Of a DNA stretch of 64,000 bases, positions 11,401-24,560 are shown in pieces. The notes beneath the pieces were generated by a model. It worked only from the letters and a program-made list of their open reading frames with translations, had not been told where the DNA came from and ran no database searches. The position numbers and the translations under genes are program-made. Position 1 is the stretch's first letter, and every line of letters begins with the position of its first letter. This stretch comes from Octopus vulgaris (lineage: Eukaryota). The stretch covers positions 142,166,001 through 142,230,000 of the forward strand of contig OX597816.1 in NCBI GenBank assembly GCA_951406725.2, given 5' to 3'.

Positions 11401-14400
11401 AGGAATATATTGGAATTTTAAACAATGAAGGGTCAAGAAGTATAGTAAAATTTAAGGTAGCCCTACTTTATTTTATTTTGGTCAAATTAAATTATTCTTT
11501 GAGAATAACAGAACATAATAATGATTACATAGTAAATATTTACTTAATGTCGAAATCTATGATTAAGATTCTCTGCTTTAGGTCTTAAGAAGGAAAACTT
11601 GAGTATAAGCTAATTTAAATAGAAATTTCTATATCACTATCTACTTAAATCAAGGAATCTGTTTCCTAAAGGAAACACTTGTAATTATGCTCTTTCCCTG
11701 TCCTCCATCTATTTTGTATATAGTGAGTTATTGATTGTTAGTATTTGTCTAAAAATGTTATTTATTCCCTCAAGTTTTAACTAATGACGTGTTCTCCAAT
11801 TATTGTTATTGTTATGTAAGTGAGGCAATTTCATAGAATTATTTTAATTTACTTACAACACTAATGTCTTTGAGAAATATATAGACAATTCTACCTTCTT
11901 TTTATTTCCCTGAGCGTGTTTGGTTTTTCTCTCAATAAAAGATAATATTAATAGTCACCAAAGAAATTCACCAAACTGAACTGTAGTGATGAATCATATG
12001 GAGTGCAATGTGACAACCTGAAGATATTGTACTTTCTTTACTGTCCAATCTATTTCTGTACGTCTGGTATAACTGGGAAGATGGATATATGGGTCATGTC
12101 TTGTTTGACCAGTACCTGCATGCCATATGACTGCTTAACCAAGACTTACCTGCAGTTATGCAACAAACACCAACAAGCAGACTGATGCTATTTATAAGGC
12201 AGGCAATGAAGAATTTTGGAAATACCTGTGGAAATTTTTCAGGAGGTATTTGGCAAGTTTTGTTACTGAGATGACCCATTCAATGTTGTAGGGTGACAGG
12301 GAAACCAAGCTGGGGGAAGCAGAAAAATCTACAATCATTGAGGAGAATAAAAATCTAGGACAAAATGTTTGTAAATCAAAGTATTGCATATCTACAGTGA
12401 CTGATTGTTTCATAAGTTGTCAAGATAAAGTATTGTTGAAAAAATAAGGAAGGCAAGCAATAGAACAGTTTAAAGTTTTTGGGTTCACAAATGTAATGAT
12501 AGAGAATGGGCTTGAATTTTAAACTGAAAATAATTAATTTTGGCAATGAAATAAGATATCTTTATACAATAAAAATGGTGTATTGGTTTAAAAAAAAACA
12601 GTAGGATTTATTTTCAAAAAGTTATTTTAACATGTGTTTAGTTTTGCAGTGACAATAATTCATAAATAACTTTGATAACAATTATGAGGTGTTATAGATT
12701 TGCGAATGGTTCCTATACTAATCAACACAGTTGGCTTGATTAATAAGTCTTGTTTTAATTAACTCTTGTGGCATTTTCGAGTTTTTAAAATTTAGCTTTG
12801 ATTGTTATATTTCAGTTAGCTTGAATGAATAAATTAATAATACTATTTTTGTATAGTTAGCACTCTAGGCATTTTAATATGCATTAAGTGAAAAGAAACC
12901 ATTGTCTGTCCCCATATGTGTTGTTTGAAAATGATTTTATCTCAAGAGTTAATGTTGTTAAGTTTTTAGTAAGATTCCAACAATGCTACAAATACATTTT
13001 AAAGTCATTAGTAGTATTTAAAATAGATCAATATAAAATCAGTAAAATTTCGCATAACAATCTTTTCAGTATTCTGAACACACAATTATTGATGTGTGAC
13101 CTATTCATTGATGTTTGATATATACTCATCCACTTCTTAGAAACATCATATATCGTCTTCCTTTTGTCTAAAGAGAGAAAGCCTTTGTTGCCAAAAGGGG
13201 TGGCAGTACTATTTGAACTTTCCCCACCCATTTGAATTGTCACTACATTTATCTGCAACATCAATTGTATCTTAAAGTTAGCAGAACTTGACTATAACTT
13301 CCAATAAGTTATGTAAGTATATTCATGGTCTTCAGTTCATGCTACATCAGCTGCAGTGGATTCAAAAGTCTTTTAGTGGTTTCATTATACTTTTTTTGTG
13401 TACATTCCCTCATTCTTGGTCATATCCTCATTCTTAATTGATATTACTATCCCCTACTATTTCCTATATTTGTTATATAATTCATCATCATCATTCAATG
13501 TCTATTTTCCATGCTGGAAATGGGTTTGATGGCTTGGCAGGAAACTGGCAAGTCAGAAGACTACACCAGGTTCTGCTGTTAACTGTCTGTTAATTTAAAG
13601 AATTGAATTCCTGATGCCTCACTATTATATTTTTTAATGCAAATATTTTATTGTAGAACCTAGTAATTGAAATATACAATTTCTTTCTGTATAGCTGCAT
13701 TGTGTTTGAATGAGTAAATAATCCTTTGGTTTTTCAATCTAATCTCTGCTTGTCATTATATATATTCCTCCTTCTGGACATTTATTAATTCTTCATAATT
13801 CCAAAGTTTGTTTTGGTCAAGCACAATAAGGATTATATAAATTAATTTAAAGATCCTGATGGAGTTGAAATTTTCTATGGGCAATCCATGTGGTAGAAGG
13901 TATCTTCTTTCAAGTGCTGAAAACCTGCCCATCTTAATCTATGATACTATTTAATCTCTTAAAGTAAATTGATTAAATCAACACATGCTTTATTGCCCAG
14001 TTTTTCTATTCTTTAGTTATTGTTTTTGTAATGTTTGAATGGCAAAGCATATCTAAGTTGGAAAAGAGGCTACACTTAACCAATGCATACAGAAGAGATG
14101 ACAGTTATATGATGCAAATGGACACATGCTGAGGAAAGCTGATATGTGTGTTGACAGTGAAATGTTCCCAAAATAGAGAAACACATACGAGGAAATGATG
14201 ATGTTGATCCTTACAGACAAGATAATTGAGGATGAAAGTCTACTGCAGATCTCTAATAAAAAAAAGCAGACATTAAGTGATAATGATGTCTCCATTAATG
14301 TTGCTTAACATTTGCAGAGCTATTTAAAACTTAAATTTATGGATTTAGATTTGAATATGTTAGAATTTTAGTTTGAATAGAATCATTCAAGTTACATTAT

Positions 14401-15129
14401 TTACCCAGGGCATGAAAATGTCTGCAATCCTTATACCAAATGATTTTAGAATCATTTAATTCATTCATGCATGTCAAATATTTATGATTATTAATAACAA
14501 AATCCAATATGGGCTTGGAATCATTTCATGGTTAACTGATGGAATAATGGTTATCATGCTCGGCAACTATAAACTACTTGTAATTAACAGTAGAGAACTA
14601 TAGAAAGAGTATTTCAAGAATTCTACATCTTGTATATTATTCTATATGATGGAGGGTTAACCTGGCTGGTTATAGTGGCTTAAATCCATGATTATATTGA
14701 TTTCAGTCAATAAAGCAAAAGTAATTTTCATTTCAAATTTATAGAGAAGTTTATTTTTTGGCATTAAAACTTCAGTCTGAATAAACAGTGATGAGTACAA
14801 CAGGGAACATGTAGGGCATATGGGAGCATGAACCTATCCTTTTGAGAAATGTGACAGCATTCAAATAGCACCAAAGTTTTAATTTAATATGAACCTTTTT
14901 GGTGTCATTTGCTTTCTAATGAAGATCTACAATCATATTTATTTTTTTATATCTATATTTTTAAGTAATTAAGTGTTCAAGAACAAAAGAATATCAGATG
15001 TAATCTTGAAGTCTATGTAATATTATATAAAATGGGTGTTTCCCTGAAATATTTGCAGATGACATATTTCTTGTAATTTTAGAACATCCTATTGAAATGT
15101 CTCTGTGGGCTACTATAATTATATTTCTT

Positions 15130-15770
15130 ATGTGGGTCTGGATGATGTGAAATCATCACAGAAGCTGGAATCACTGAGACAGAGGTTGCTGGTAGAACTT
15201 TTTCAAGAGCATTATCCAAATCATGAGAACACATTATCCTTACCAAATTACTGTTGTGACCACAACATTCTTCTGAAGCGGGCCTGTAAACACTCTAAAG
15301 TATAGATAATCTTTGATTACTGCTATCATAATCTAGAGAGGAAAACCAGAAGTACAGTTGTTACTCATTTAGAAGTACCAACAACTCATTCATACAATCA
15401 TATCAGGAGTGCAAGTTCAAGCTTATAGGTACATGTTTGTAACTCCTGGTAGTACTGAAAGAGGCTGGGATGCAGCTTGTCGGCTAGCTGTACTCCTATG
15501 AATCTCACACCAATGATGCCCAAAATGATCTGAGAATGATGTTCTATCAGAAGGCCAGGAATTTAGAGAGAATACCTTCAACAAGTGATATCTTGGACCA
15601 GCATCTCAAAAGGAGTGTCATTCAAGTAACCATTTGAATTATGACTCATGAGCTGGTTATGCTTCTACATAGCTCCTGCAATCATAAATGGACTGTGGAA
15701 GACTAGAACCTAGTTCCAGTTCAGATTATTCCACTCCTTGCAAAGAATGTTTACAATCTAGATATAGCCA
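15130..15770 (+). mobile_element. Degenerate Academ(X)-like DNA transposon ORF fragment (XPG-like region)
   Basis: NDLRMMFYQKARNLERIPSTSDILDQHLKRSVIQVTI*...KW..LVPV matches the recalled motif LPPTxDALxQHxKRAxxQAxxW...GW; upstream V*IIFDY resembles VDVVFDxY; stops present. Confidence 0.55.
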
Positions 15771-16769
15771 CTCCCTCACAAAAAGAAATATTTGTTGTGC
15801 TACATAATACTAAAAGATTGTACAGCTGAAAATATGCTGATTTATAAATGTTTTAAGTCACTGGCATTGATTATGTTCATCACAAATTGTTGCCCTTCTA
15901 AGCCCCACTTTCTTCCTATTGTGCCAATCATTGTCTATTTTGGAGGAAGCTGTAATTTTACTTCTTCACTTTTCTTGTGACTAGTTGCCCAGATACCCTT
16001 CCACTATGAATGAGAGAAGAAAAATTTAATTGCTATGGAAAATATTATGAAGCATAACAGGTTGTTGGAAGAGAAAAGACATTGTAATGCTTTTGTCTTT
16101 TCCAAATATATTGAAAGATAAGGGTAGAGAAATACTAACAATCAATTTTTGAAACAGAAAAGGAAGATTACAAGAACAATCTGGGGAAAAAAAAGTGGGG
16201 GGAAAAAATCAAAGATTAGCCAGAATTAATAACAACAAAACTGTTAATCAAAGTGGCCGCTCCTCTCAATCGTATTTGATATGGAAATACATTATCATAT
16301 ACTATATTATCATATATCATTGCACATGCATTGAAGTGTGATTTGACTGATTTCTTAGAAGCTAAAAGCTTTAATAAAGATAACAGGGTGTAGAATATTA
16401 TTTATTTACTATCGGATTTCTAGTTGATCATCCATTCTGTAAGTGATAAAATTCTAGAGTAGGAGCTGTTATTAAAATGGTTGGTTTTTGTTTTTGAAGG
16501 ACCAGATTCTAAGTTCGGGATGGAAGGAAGGGAGTAGATCAGCAAACAAGATGGTGTCACAAATGATAAGTGTAAAAATAGGGAAGTGATCATATGTTGT
16601 ACATATCCTGAATGTTGGGTAAAGCTGCAGTATAAAAATATTTCTTCTGGAGAGCACAACTTTCCAAGACATTTAATCTCTTGATCAATGAAGCTATTGA
16701 ACCAAATAGTTGAAATCATACCATTTCATTCAACCATATAGAAACAGTAGTAGTAGTTGCTATTTTTCA

Positions 16770-17162
16770 GACATAAATCATTTGACTATGTGGTGAGAAG
16801 CTTGCTTCCTAATCACATGGTTATGGGTTCAGTCCCACTGCATGGCACCTATTAGAGCCCAGTGATGACTAAAGCTTTGAATTGATTTGGTAGACAGAAA
16901 CTGAAAAAAAGCCCATCTCACACACACATGTATGTATGTATGTATACGTACGTGTTTGTGTTTTTTTTTGTCCCCATTATTGCTTTACAACTGGTGTTAG
17001 TGTGTTTATGTCCCATAACTTAGCGGTTTGGCAAGAGAATGAATGAATAGGTTCTAGGCTCAAAAGTAAGTCTTGGGGTTGAATTGTTTGACAAAACCAC
17101 TTCAAGGTGGTGCTCCAGCATGGCTGCAGTTGAATGACTGAAACAAGTAAAATAATAAAAAA
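16770..17162 (+). mobile_element. tRNA-derived octopus SINE (OR-type/CORE-like), full length, diverged
   Basis: A-box and B-box-like GGTTCAGTCC head, central microsatellite, tail ATGACTGAAACAAGTAAAA. Confidence 0.85.
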
Positions 17163-17999
17163 TAACATTATAGTAAAATAGAAAATTAGTTCTCATTATA
17201 CAAATTCACACACACCCAAGTACAATGTAAAGCATTTGATGAATAATATAGAAGAGTAAAGATAGTGAGTTGCTGTATTTAGCCCCTGCTCAACCCTGAT
17301 TGAACAAACTTATAATCCAGTCATGAGCATCACAACATTTTAAGAGCATCTAATATGTATTATTTAATGTGAATTTCCTTTAAGTTGTGGGGAATGTAAT
17401 TTGAGGTTTGAGGGAAATTTAGCTTCTATTTCTTGCAGGATAAAATCAGTATAGCAATTCTTTTATCAACCTAATGTATTTGGATGTAAATGTTGAAAAG
17501 TCTTTGTTTCAAAAGATGAAGTTATCAGTGGAGAATGTTTGTAACAATTCAGACATATTTTGCTGGGTGAGAAAGCATGAATGTCAGAGTAGACAGTATC
17601 ACACAACTAGCCAATGGTCTGTAGCTCATATTTTGTCATTGATTTTTCATTCATTATATCCATGGTCAAAGATCTTAGTTCTCAAAAGTTGATACATCTA
17701 GATGGAATTTCTTTTTTTAACTGTTCAGCCCCAGGTCATCCCTAATCTGAGGCCTATAATCAAAAGCATTTCAGCCATGATAATCCTATCTGTTTATTTT
17801 CTGGCAAGAGGTTGGTTATGGTTGTTATTCTTTTAATCATAGGTTTATTCACTCAGAGCTAGGCTGGGACTAAACAATGGACATATTAAGAAAAACAATT
17901 AATTTTCAGTTTAAGTGTAGTAATGTGAATTCAAGTGTTGACCTAAACCATGCAATCTACACTATAGTGAATTTCATTTAAATGACAGAGGTAAAGTGG

Positions 18000-18330
18000 A
18001 AGTGCCTATCACATTTGCAGGCCCTCTGAGATCACTGATAGTCTGTAGGGAGGGAATTCCAGAAGGATGTGGTTCTGAGAAGGTTAGGATTGGTTGAAAT
18101 GTTTATGCTGATATATGGGAGGTAAGATACAGCAAAGGTCACAAGAGAAGAACTGGATGGTTCAGAATAGAGAGGATATGCAGGAGATAGTTTAGATTCC
18201 TCTCAACTGTTATAATCATGATAGGCGATCAAAGAGAGGAAATGCACATGATAGGAAACAAAGAAACTACATGTCTGTGTGTTAATGATTGTAGTGAGTT
18301 AGTGAGTGAATATTACCAATCAGTTAAATA
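18000..18330 (-). mobile_element. CR1/L2-like LINE 3' relic
   Basis: Minus-strand LLRTTSFWNSLP resembles the FFPRTxxxWNxLP C-terminal motif. Confidence 0.5.
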
Positions 18331-20549
18331 GCATAGACAAAGCATAATACACTGTATCAGTCTCCCAGGCCAACAACTGGTATCAGTCCTGCTTTATGAT
18401 TAATTAGTTGGTAGGAGAAATTATATCACCTGACAGTAAAACTAATTAGTGTAACCTTGTTTAAAAAGAAAAGAAAAAGAACTCTCACTCATATCAATTG
18501 ATATATAGAAAAATGGATATAAAACAGATAAAAAATTTTAATTGAATATCATAATAAAATAACCTAAAAATTCTGCTATTGTACAAACTCTTTGAAATAT
18601 ATTTCCTCATTAGTATAAATTATCAATGTATTATACCTCAAATATATTTATTCATCACATGGTTTATTATAATAAAGTGAATGTGAGATGCAATAATCTT
18701 AGCAAATTACCATTTAATTGTTTGATGTTTCACCATTGTTAAAGAATGATTATTATACTGCTGTAACTGATACTGGCATGCTTCCCATCTATTGGGGTGT
18801 GCCCCATAGGTGAGAAATAGTTGGCATAGGTTGTTGAAATGTCGAAAATTGATATCCACTTTGTCATATCTGGCAGAAAGATCAACTAAAATCAAGCAAC
18901 AGCAAAGAAATAAATTATTCTCTTTGAAAAAATACAAAATGACATTAAAACTTTTCTTTTTTTCTGTTTTCTATTTGAGAATCATTAAGCTTTATATCAC
19001 AATTCCAAATATCATAAATCCAAAAAGGCTTAAAGGAAATATGTGTAGATGATATCTAAGAAACTACTAACACATTAGCAAGTGATTTTCAAGCAGAAAG
19101 ATAACAGTTGTTCTGATTGGATTTCCATGATAGAATCGCAGCAGTGTGCTATCGATCATGAAATTTTACTGGATGTAAGGACAATGATGGTAGCTGCTGC
19201 ATATTTCTTCTTCTTGTAACACTAGAGTATACTCACCACTCAACATTAATTCTACAAAAAGACTTTCTCTCTGCCTATCTATCTATCTGTCTGTCTGTGT
19301 ATGTACACACATATACAGAAGTGAATTAGTGTAACATTTAATGCTTGATATAAATATGGTAAGCAAAAATATTAATTAATGACCAATATTGCTACTATTT
19401 ATTTTCTAAGCAAATATTGTAATAGAGTCAAATGTGAACATGTCTTGCTCTTATTCTGAACTTCTTAGCAAAGCATTGCATTAGCAAACATGCTGAATTA
19501 GTGATGGAGGAGTCACTAGTAAGTAAATGTTTGAGATTTTATATTAATTGTTATAAGAAAATGAAATTGTTCGGAAATTAAATTATTCAGAAAAATCTGT
19601 GTGTGTATGGATATGCATATATGTATGTGTATATACACACAGTGAAGATTTTTATTCCAATTGAGTAGAAATATAGAAAAAGGAGGTTGAAAACATCCAG
19701 TGCATTTTCAATTTCTTATACACACATACATACATGTATATATATACACATACACACACTCATACATTGTAGTGTAACTGAATTTTAAGTGTTCATATCT
19801 TTTTTGTGAAAAACATTCAAAAAATTTTTGAAAAGGATAAATGAATTTAAGTAGTTTTTTTTTTTGTTTTTTTTTCAAAATACTTTCAGAAATGAGTAAC
19901 AAATTAAATTATCAACAAACTAAGGATTTTTGTTGATTGTCAAATAATATTTCTTAGATGACCTCAAGATATATTGAAGGATTCCACTTAGGAATGCGGA
20001 AACAAAAATTGTTAATCATTTATATCCAATAACATGAAAAATCTTGTTGAAAATAGGTGAGAAATAATAAATAAAATAAGTGGGAGAGTGTTCACTGCAC
20101 ATTCCTCTTCACATTCTTTTGTATGACCAGGAAAAATATTTGACCCAGTTTTAAATTACTAAAAGTTAATAAATTACAACCAAAGGAAAATATTCAGTAA
20201 CTATGGATGAAGGTGACAATGTGTGGTTATAAAGTTTGTTTCCAGATTTGGCTCCCATGTGTAGAGATAAGGGTAGAGAAATCTTGCATGTGAAATTAGG
20301 TAAATGGAAAATGTATGGAAGCATGTTAGATAAATAAACAAAGGGGCGCTTAAAAATTTCTTACTTTGGGTAAAAAAAAAATACAGGAGAATCAGTTAAT
20401 TATGATTTTACTTAACATATTCTCTGCTCAGATTCACACACTTATTGCAGTTGTCCTTCAGTTTTACTAAGCCCTGTAAAAGAACTCAGAAGGTTGGGCC
20501 TTTAACCAGGCTTTTCTTGATACCATTTCAGTCCCTTTGTAAATATTAT

Positions 20550-20701
20550 AGGCGCAGGAGTGGCTGTGTGGTAAGTAGCCTGCTTACCAACCACACAGTT
20601 CCGGGTTCAGTCCCACTTGGGAAAGTGTCTTCTACTGTAGCCTCGGGCCGACCAAAGCCTTGTGAGTGGATTTGGTAGGCGGAAACTGAAAGAAGCCTGT
20701 C

Positions 20702-20743
<42 letters not shown>

Positions 20744-20946
20744 TTGTGTGTCTGTGTTTGTCCCCCCAACATCGCTTGACAACCGATGTTGGTATGTTTA
20801 CGCCCCCGTTACTTAGCGGTTCGGCAAAAGAGACCGATAGAATAAGTACTAGGCTTACAAAGAATAAGACCTGGGGTCGATTTGCTTGACTAAAAGGTGG
20901 TGCTCCAGCATGGCCGCAGTCAAATGACTGAAACAAGTAAAAGAGA
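20550..20946 (+). mobile_element. tRNA-derived octopus SINE, young full-length copy
   Basis: GGCGCAGGAGTGGCTGTGTGGTAAG (A box), GGGTTCAGTCCC (B box), CORE-like body, internal (TA)n(TG)n, CpGs retained, tail GAAACAAGTAAAAGAG. Confidence 0.9.
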
Positions 20947-22399
20947 TGTATTTTGAAGGAGTTTGGTACATTCCAATGTAGAGAGTCAAGGAAGCATAGA
21001 GTATGTCTCTTTTTGCCTAGATCAACGTAGGTTGTTGTTGTCAGTAAAGTAAGTTCCAGAAAAATATAAAGTTAATATAAATAACCAAAAACTTTGAAGA
21101 TAGTACCTCCAGCATGGCTACATATCAATGTTTGAATCTCATAAAAAAATAATATTTAAATGTCTTTTGTGCTGCTATTATTCCCACATATGCAGTTAAA
21201 ATTTGAATCTATTTTGTACTAGTCACTGTTGTACCTACCTATGTAATATTTGAATTTATTTTGTACTAGTTACTGTTATATCTATATATGTAGTTAATAT
21301 TTCTATATTTTGATATCTGACAGAAATATTATCTGTATGTAAAGAATTCTCAGTCATTTAATATTTTCCATGCAGCTTCTTTTATTTTTTCACAAAGGCC
21401 ACAACTTGCTAAAATACATGGTGTTTTGAACAGAATTGAGCTGCATGCTTAATATCCAAATGGCTTGTAAAAGAAAGTAAAACTTCAAAGAAACGTTAAT
21501 TTCCTTAGTAATTACTGATAAAAAAAATTGGATTTGCTAACTTCAGTAGTTTTTGAGATATTGGAGTAGATACTCAAACAATCAAACAAACAAACATGAC
21601 ATAAGCAATGACACTTAGTGAGTTGTGCGTGAGCTAGTGATGCACAGTTATTGCATAAGGAAATTAAAGACATGTTTGCCTGAACTAGACGAAGTTATCT
21701 CTAATACGTTAATGTGAATAATAATGATAATAATAATAATAATAATAATAATAATCAATCTTTCACTTCAAACATACGAGTACAAAAATAGTCATGAAAC
21801 CTGCAAAATTTTTCTTATGAAAGCTAATTTGAATATCAACTAATGAATACCAAATTAAACTACATCTGAAATGTTATTAATATCATTAACACTTAAAGGT
21901 ATTTTATAAGATATATCACAGAAAAACATTTCATCTTCCTTCAAGCTCAGAAAGTTTGTTAAATCAGTTCCTGCATAGGTTAATGAATTTAGCATAAAAT
22001 AGTAAATTAGTAAATGATCATTACATAAACAAGAAATACTAGACATTAAATTATTACATTATCTCTTTAGGAGAGAACTTGAATATAACAAATTACTTTT
22101 AATCTGTAAAACAGATATAAACAAATTAAAGACAGAAATAGGTTGATTTTGGTGTTTTTTAAAACTAGATTGTTTTAAAGATTATTATGTTATAGACTAA
22201 TAACCTCATCTTAATATATTTTAATATGTTATGTGTAGATGTACAATATTTATATGTTTACTAATAAAATGAATGATATTGTTTTGATTAATTCAATTTC
22301 TGATTATCATTGGAATTCTTTTTCCTGACTGGATGCAAGCTAGAAACTTTTTATTTCTATACTCACTTGAACATCTCTCAGGTAATGGAGACAACCATT

Positions 22400-23230
22400 A
22401 ACAATGATGTCCTTCAATACATCTTTTAATACATTGAATTCGTCTTTCTCCTCAGTGACCACTAGTATAGTTTCCACTGTAGGTCTACTGTCTTGTGTCA
22501 CTCACCAGTGACCTCATGCTTCAGAGTTTTGTGAAAGCAATGCTGTTGCCTAGGTATCAGCAAAGCCTTTTGACCATGTCCAGCATGCAAATCACCTACT
22601 GAAACTTCCAGACTACAGGCGCTACCCATCTCTCACACCTTGCATCAGTAGTATCATATAGGCTTCACTATCACCAATGATATCTCCTGACAGAAGCAAA
22701 TCCTTAACATACCAAAGAGCTTAAAATCTGGCATTTCTTCTCAGAACCAAAAGATATTATATCCCCCAACAATTGCTGACACTCTACAAGATACGAGGCC
22801 CTCAATAGAGTACTGCTTCCACACCTGGAACTGTGTTGTTGCTGCATACACAGACATCCTGGACTACATTCAGAAAAGGGTTATTCAACTGATCAGCATT
22901 CAGACACTAATAGATATGCTCCAGCCTCTGGCCCACAGGTGCTGCCTCCTCTCTTTGTCTTTTCTATTGCTCTTATAATGACCTCTGCTCCTTGGAGCTG
23001 GCTAGTTTCATACCTTCTTCACTCAGGTACCTCTGATCCACACATCTTTCCAATTTTTATCACCCTTATTGTATTCAGATGCCTTAACTGCACACCACTA
23101 TACCCACTCCTTTTTCCTCATAACATCAATATTCTGGAATCTTGTCCTTACTTGTGCCTCTCTTGCAGGTGTTGATCTGCAACAGTTTGAACAGAATATT
23201 AATGACATCAAGCTCACTGGTCTCAGATGG
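22400..23230 (+). mobile_element. CR1/Jockey-group LINE 3' fragment
   Basis: QQLLTLYKI/RPSIEYCFHTWN...ILDYIQKRVIQLI and HSFFLITSIFWNLV..DLQQFEQNIN match the LYKxxIRPxLEY and SFFxRTxxxWNxL motifs; frameshifted. Confidence 0.8.
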
Positions 23231-23609
23231 TCTTCAAAGGTCCTGGATATTGCCCCTTTTGACTCAGCAAATAAAAAGTATAAAAGGCCATTACTAACTT
23301 CGTTTGAGAAATATGGGTTCCTAGTTCAAATCCAGTCTGGCCTCATGTACATATCCAATAATAAAATACCCGATGATCAAAAACCAAATGCATTGAAATG
23401 TAGCATCAATATGAATATTGTAATTACACACTTTAAAGATATGGTTAATTCTCTGAAAACTTATAATCTTAATAAAATCTCATCTCAGGCAATTAAAAAA
23501 TAGCTTTCTCTTTTCGTTTTCTTCATTGAAGATGAAAGAAAGTATATTTACAGTTTCTCAAATTGTTTGACAAAAATTAAGTGAAATCAATATTCTAAAA
23601 TAATAACAC

Positions 23610-24210
23610 ATCTGTTCATTCTTAACATATTCTGGCAGATTCAAATGTAAATATCTGATTGTTGGTGGGTTTTTTTGTTTGTTTTTGTCATCAGCGAACA
23701 TCTCTTCCCTTTAGATGATTTATGATCATAATACACATGGTTCACTTAAAGAGACTTTAAAGATACTTTGGTACATTAAGCTAATTGTGTATCTACTTAG
23801 TCCAAAACTATCCTGTTGGACCAATGAATTTAACAAAAGCACTAGTTTAATAGACATTAGTACAGATTTTGAAATTGTGCAATGAAATTTCAGTGAAAAA
23901 TCTTTCAAACTGGTAATAATAATTCATGGGGTGCACACAGAACAAGGAGAATTCAGACAATATTGTATGTATTCATTCTTAATATGTTCTGGCAGATTTG
24001 AGTATGAATATATGATCATTGTTGTATTTTTCATCATCAGAGAACACCTCCTCCCTGTTGACAATGTATGTTCATAACTGATTCACTGGTGTAAAGGAAC
24101 TTTGAAACACCATGATGCCTTGGCCTAACTATTTGACTTTCTCAGTGAAAGCTACCCCACCAGTCTGATGAATCTAAGATGATGTGCTCTTCAGACATTA
24201 ACATGCATCA
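23610..24210. repeat. Diverged tandem duplication, ~355-bp period
   Basis: TTCATTCTTAAyATrTTCTGGCAGATT...TCATCAGmGAACAyCTCyTCCCT...AGACATTA present at ~23615 and ~23972. Confidence 0.75.
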
Positions 24211-24282
24211 ATAAATAATTTGTTTGCGGATTTCTGTAAACAAGAGCTTATACTCTTGTTAGATCATCAGCTCAATAAAGTA

Positions 24283-24560
24283 GCAAGCATGGTTGTATGG
24301 TTAAAATGTTTGCAAGTTCAGTCCCACTATATAGTATCTTTGGCAATTGTCTTTTACTCTAGTCCCAGGCCACCAAAACCTTATGAGTAGATTTGACAGA
24401 TGGTAATGGAAACTTGTCGCATGTCTATGTACATGAATGTCTTCTTGCCTTAGTAGCCTGCAACATTTGTGAACAAATGCCACTGTCATACAGACAGTGT
24501 CCTTAGTTTCTATCCTTCTGTGAAAGCATATCCAGCTATGGAGAAAATATTACCTATATT
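24283..24560 (+). mobile_element. tRNA-derived SINE, diverged, alternative 3' part
   Basis: Head GCAAGCATGGTTGTATGGTTAA..AGTTCAGTCCCACT..CCAAAACCTTATGAGTAGATTTG homologous to the 20550 copy. Confidence 0.7.

Noticed and set aside
12000-12400. Coding-looking segment, possibly a Tc1/mariner C-terminus
   Set aside because: Stops in all frames and no unambiguous motif or termini
20550-20620. tRNA gene
   Set aside because: A and B boxes belong to a multi-copy SINE head; no cloverleaf or terminator
23069-23503. 144-aa ORF with an apparent acceptor (ttgcag|gt) as a host exon
   Set aside because: The first half is the CR1-like LINE C-terminus and the rest has no recognisable domain
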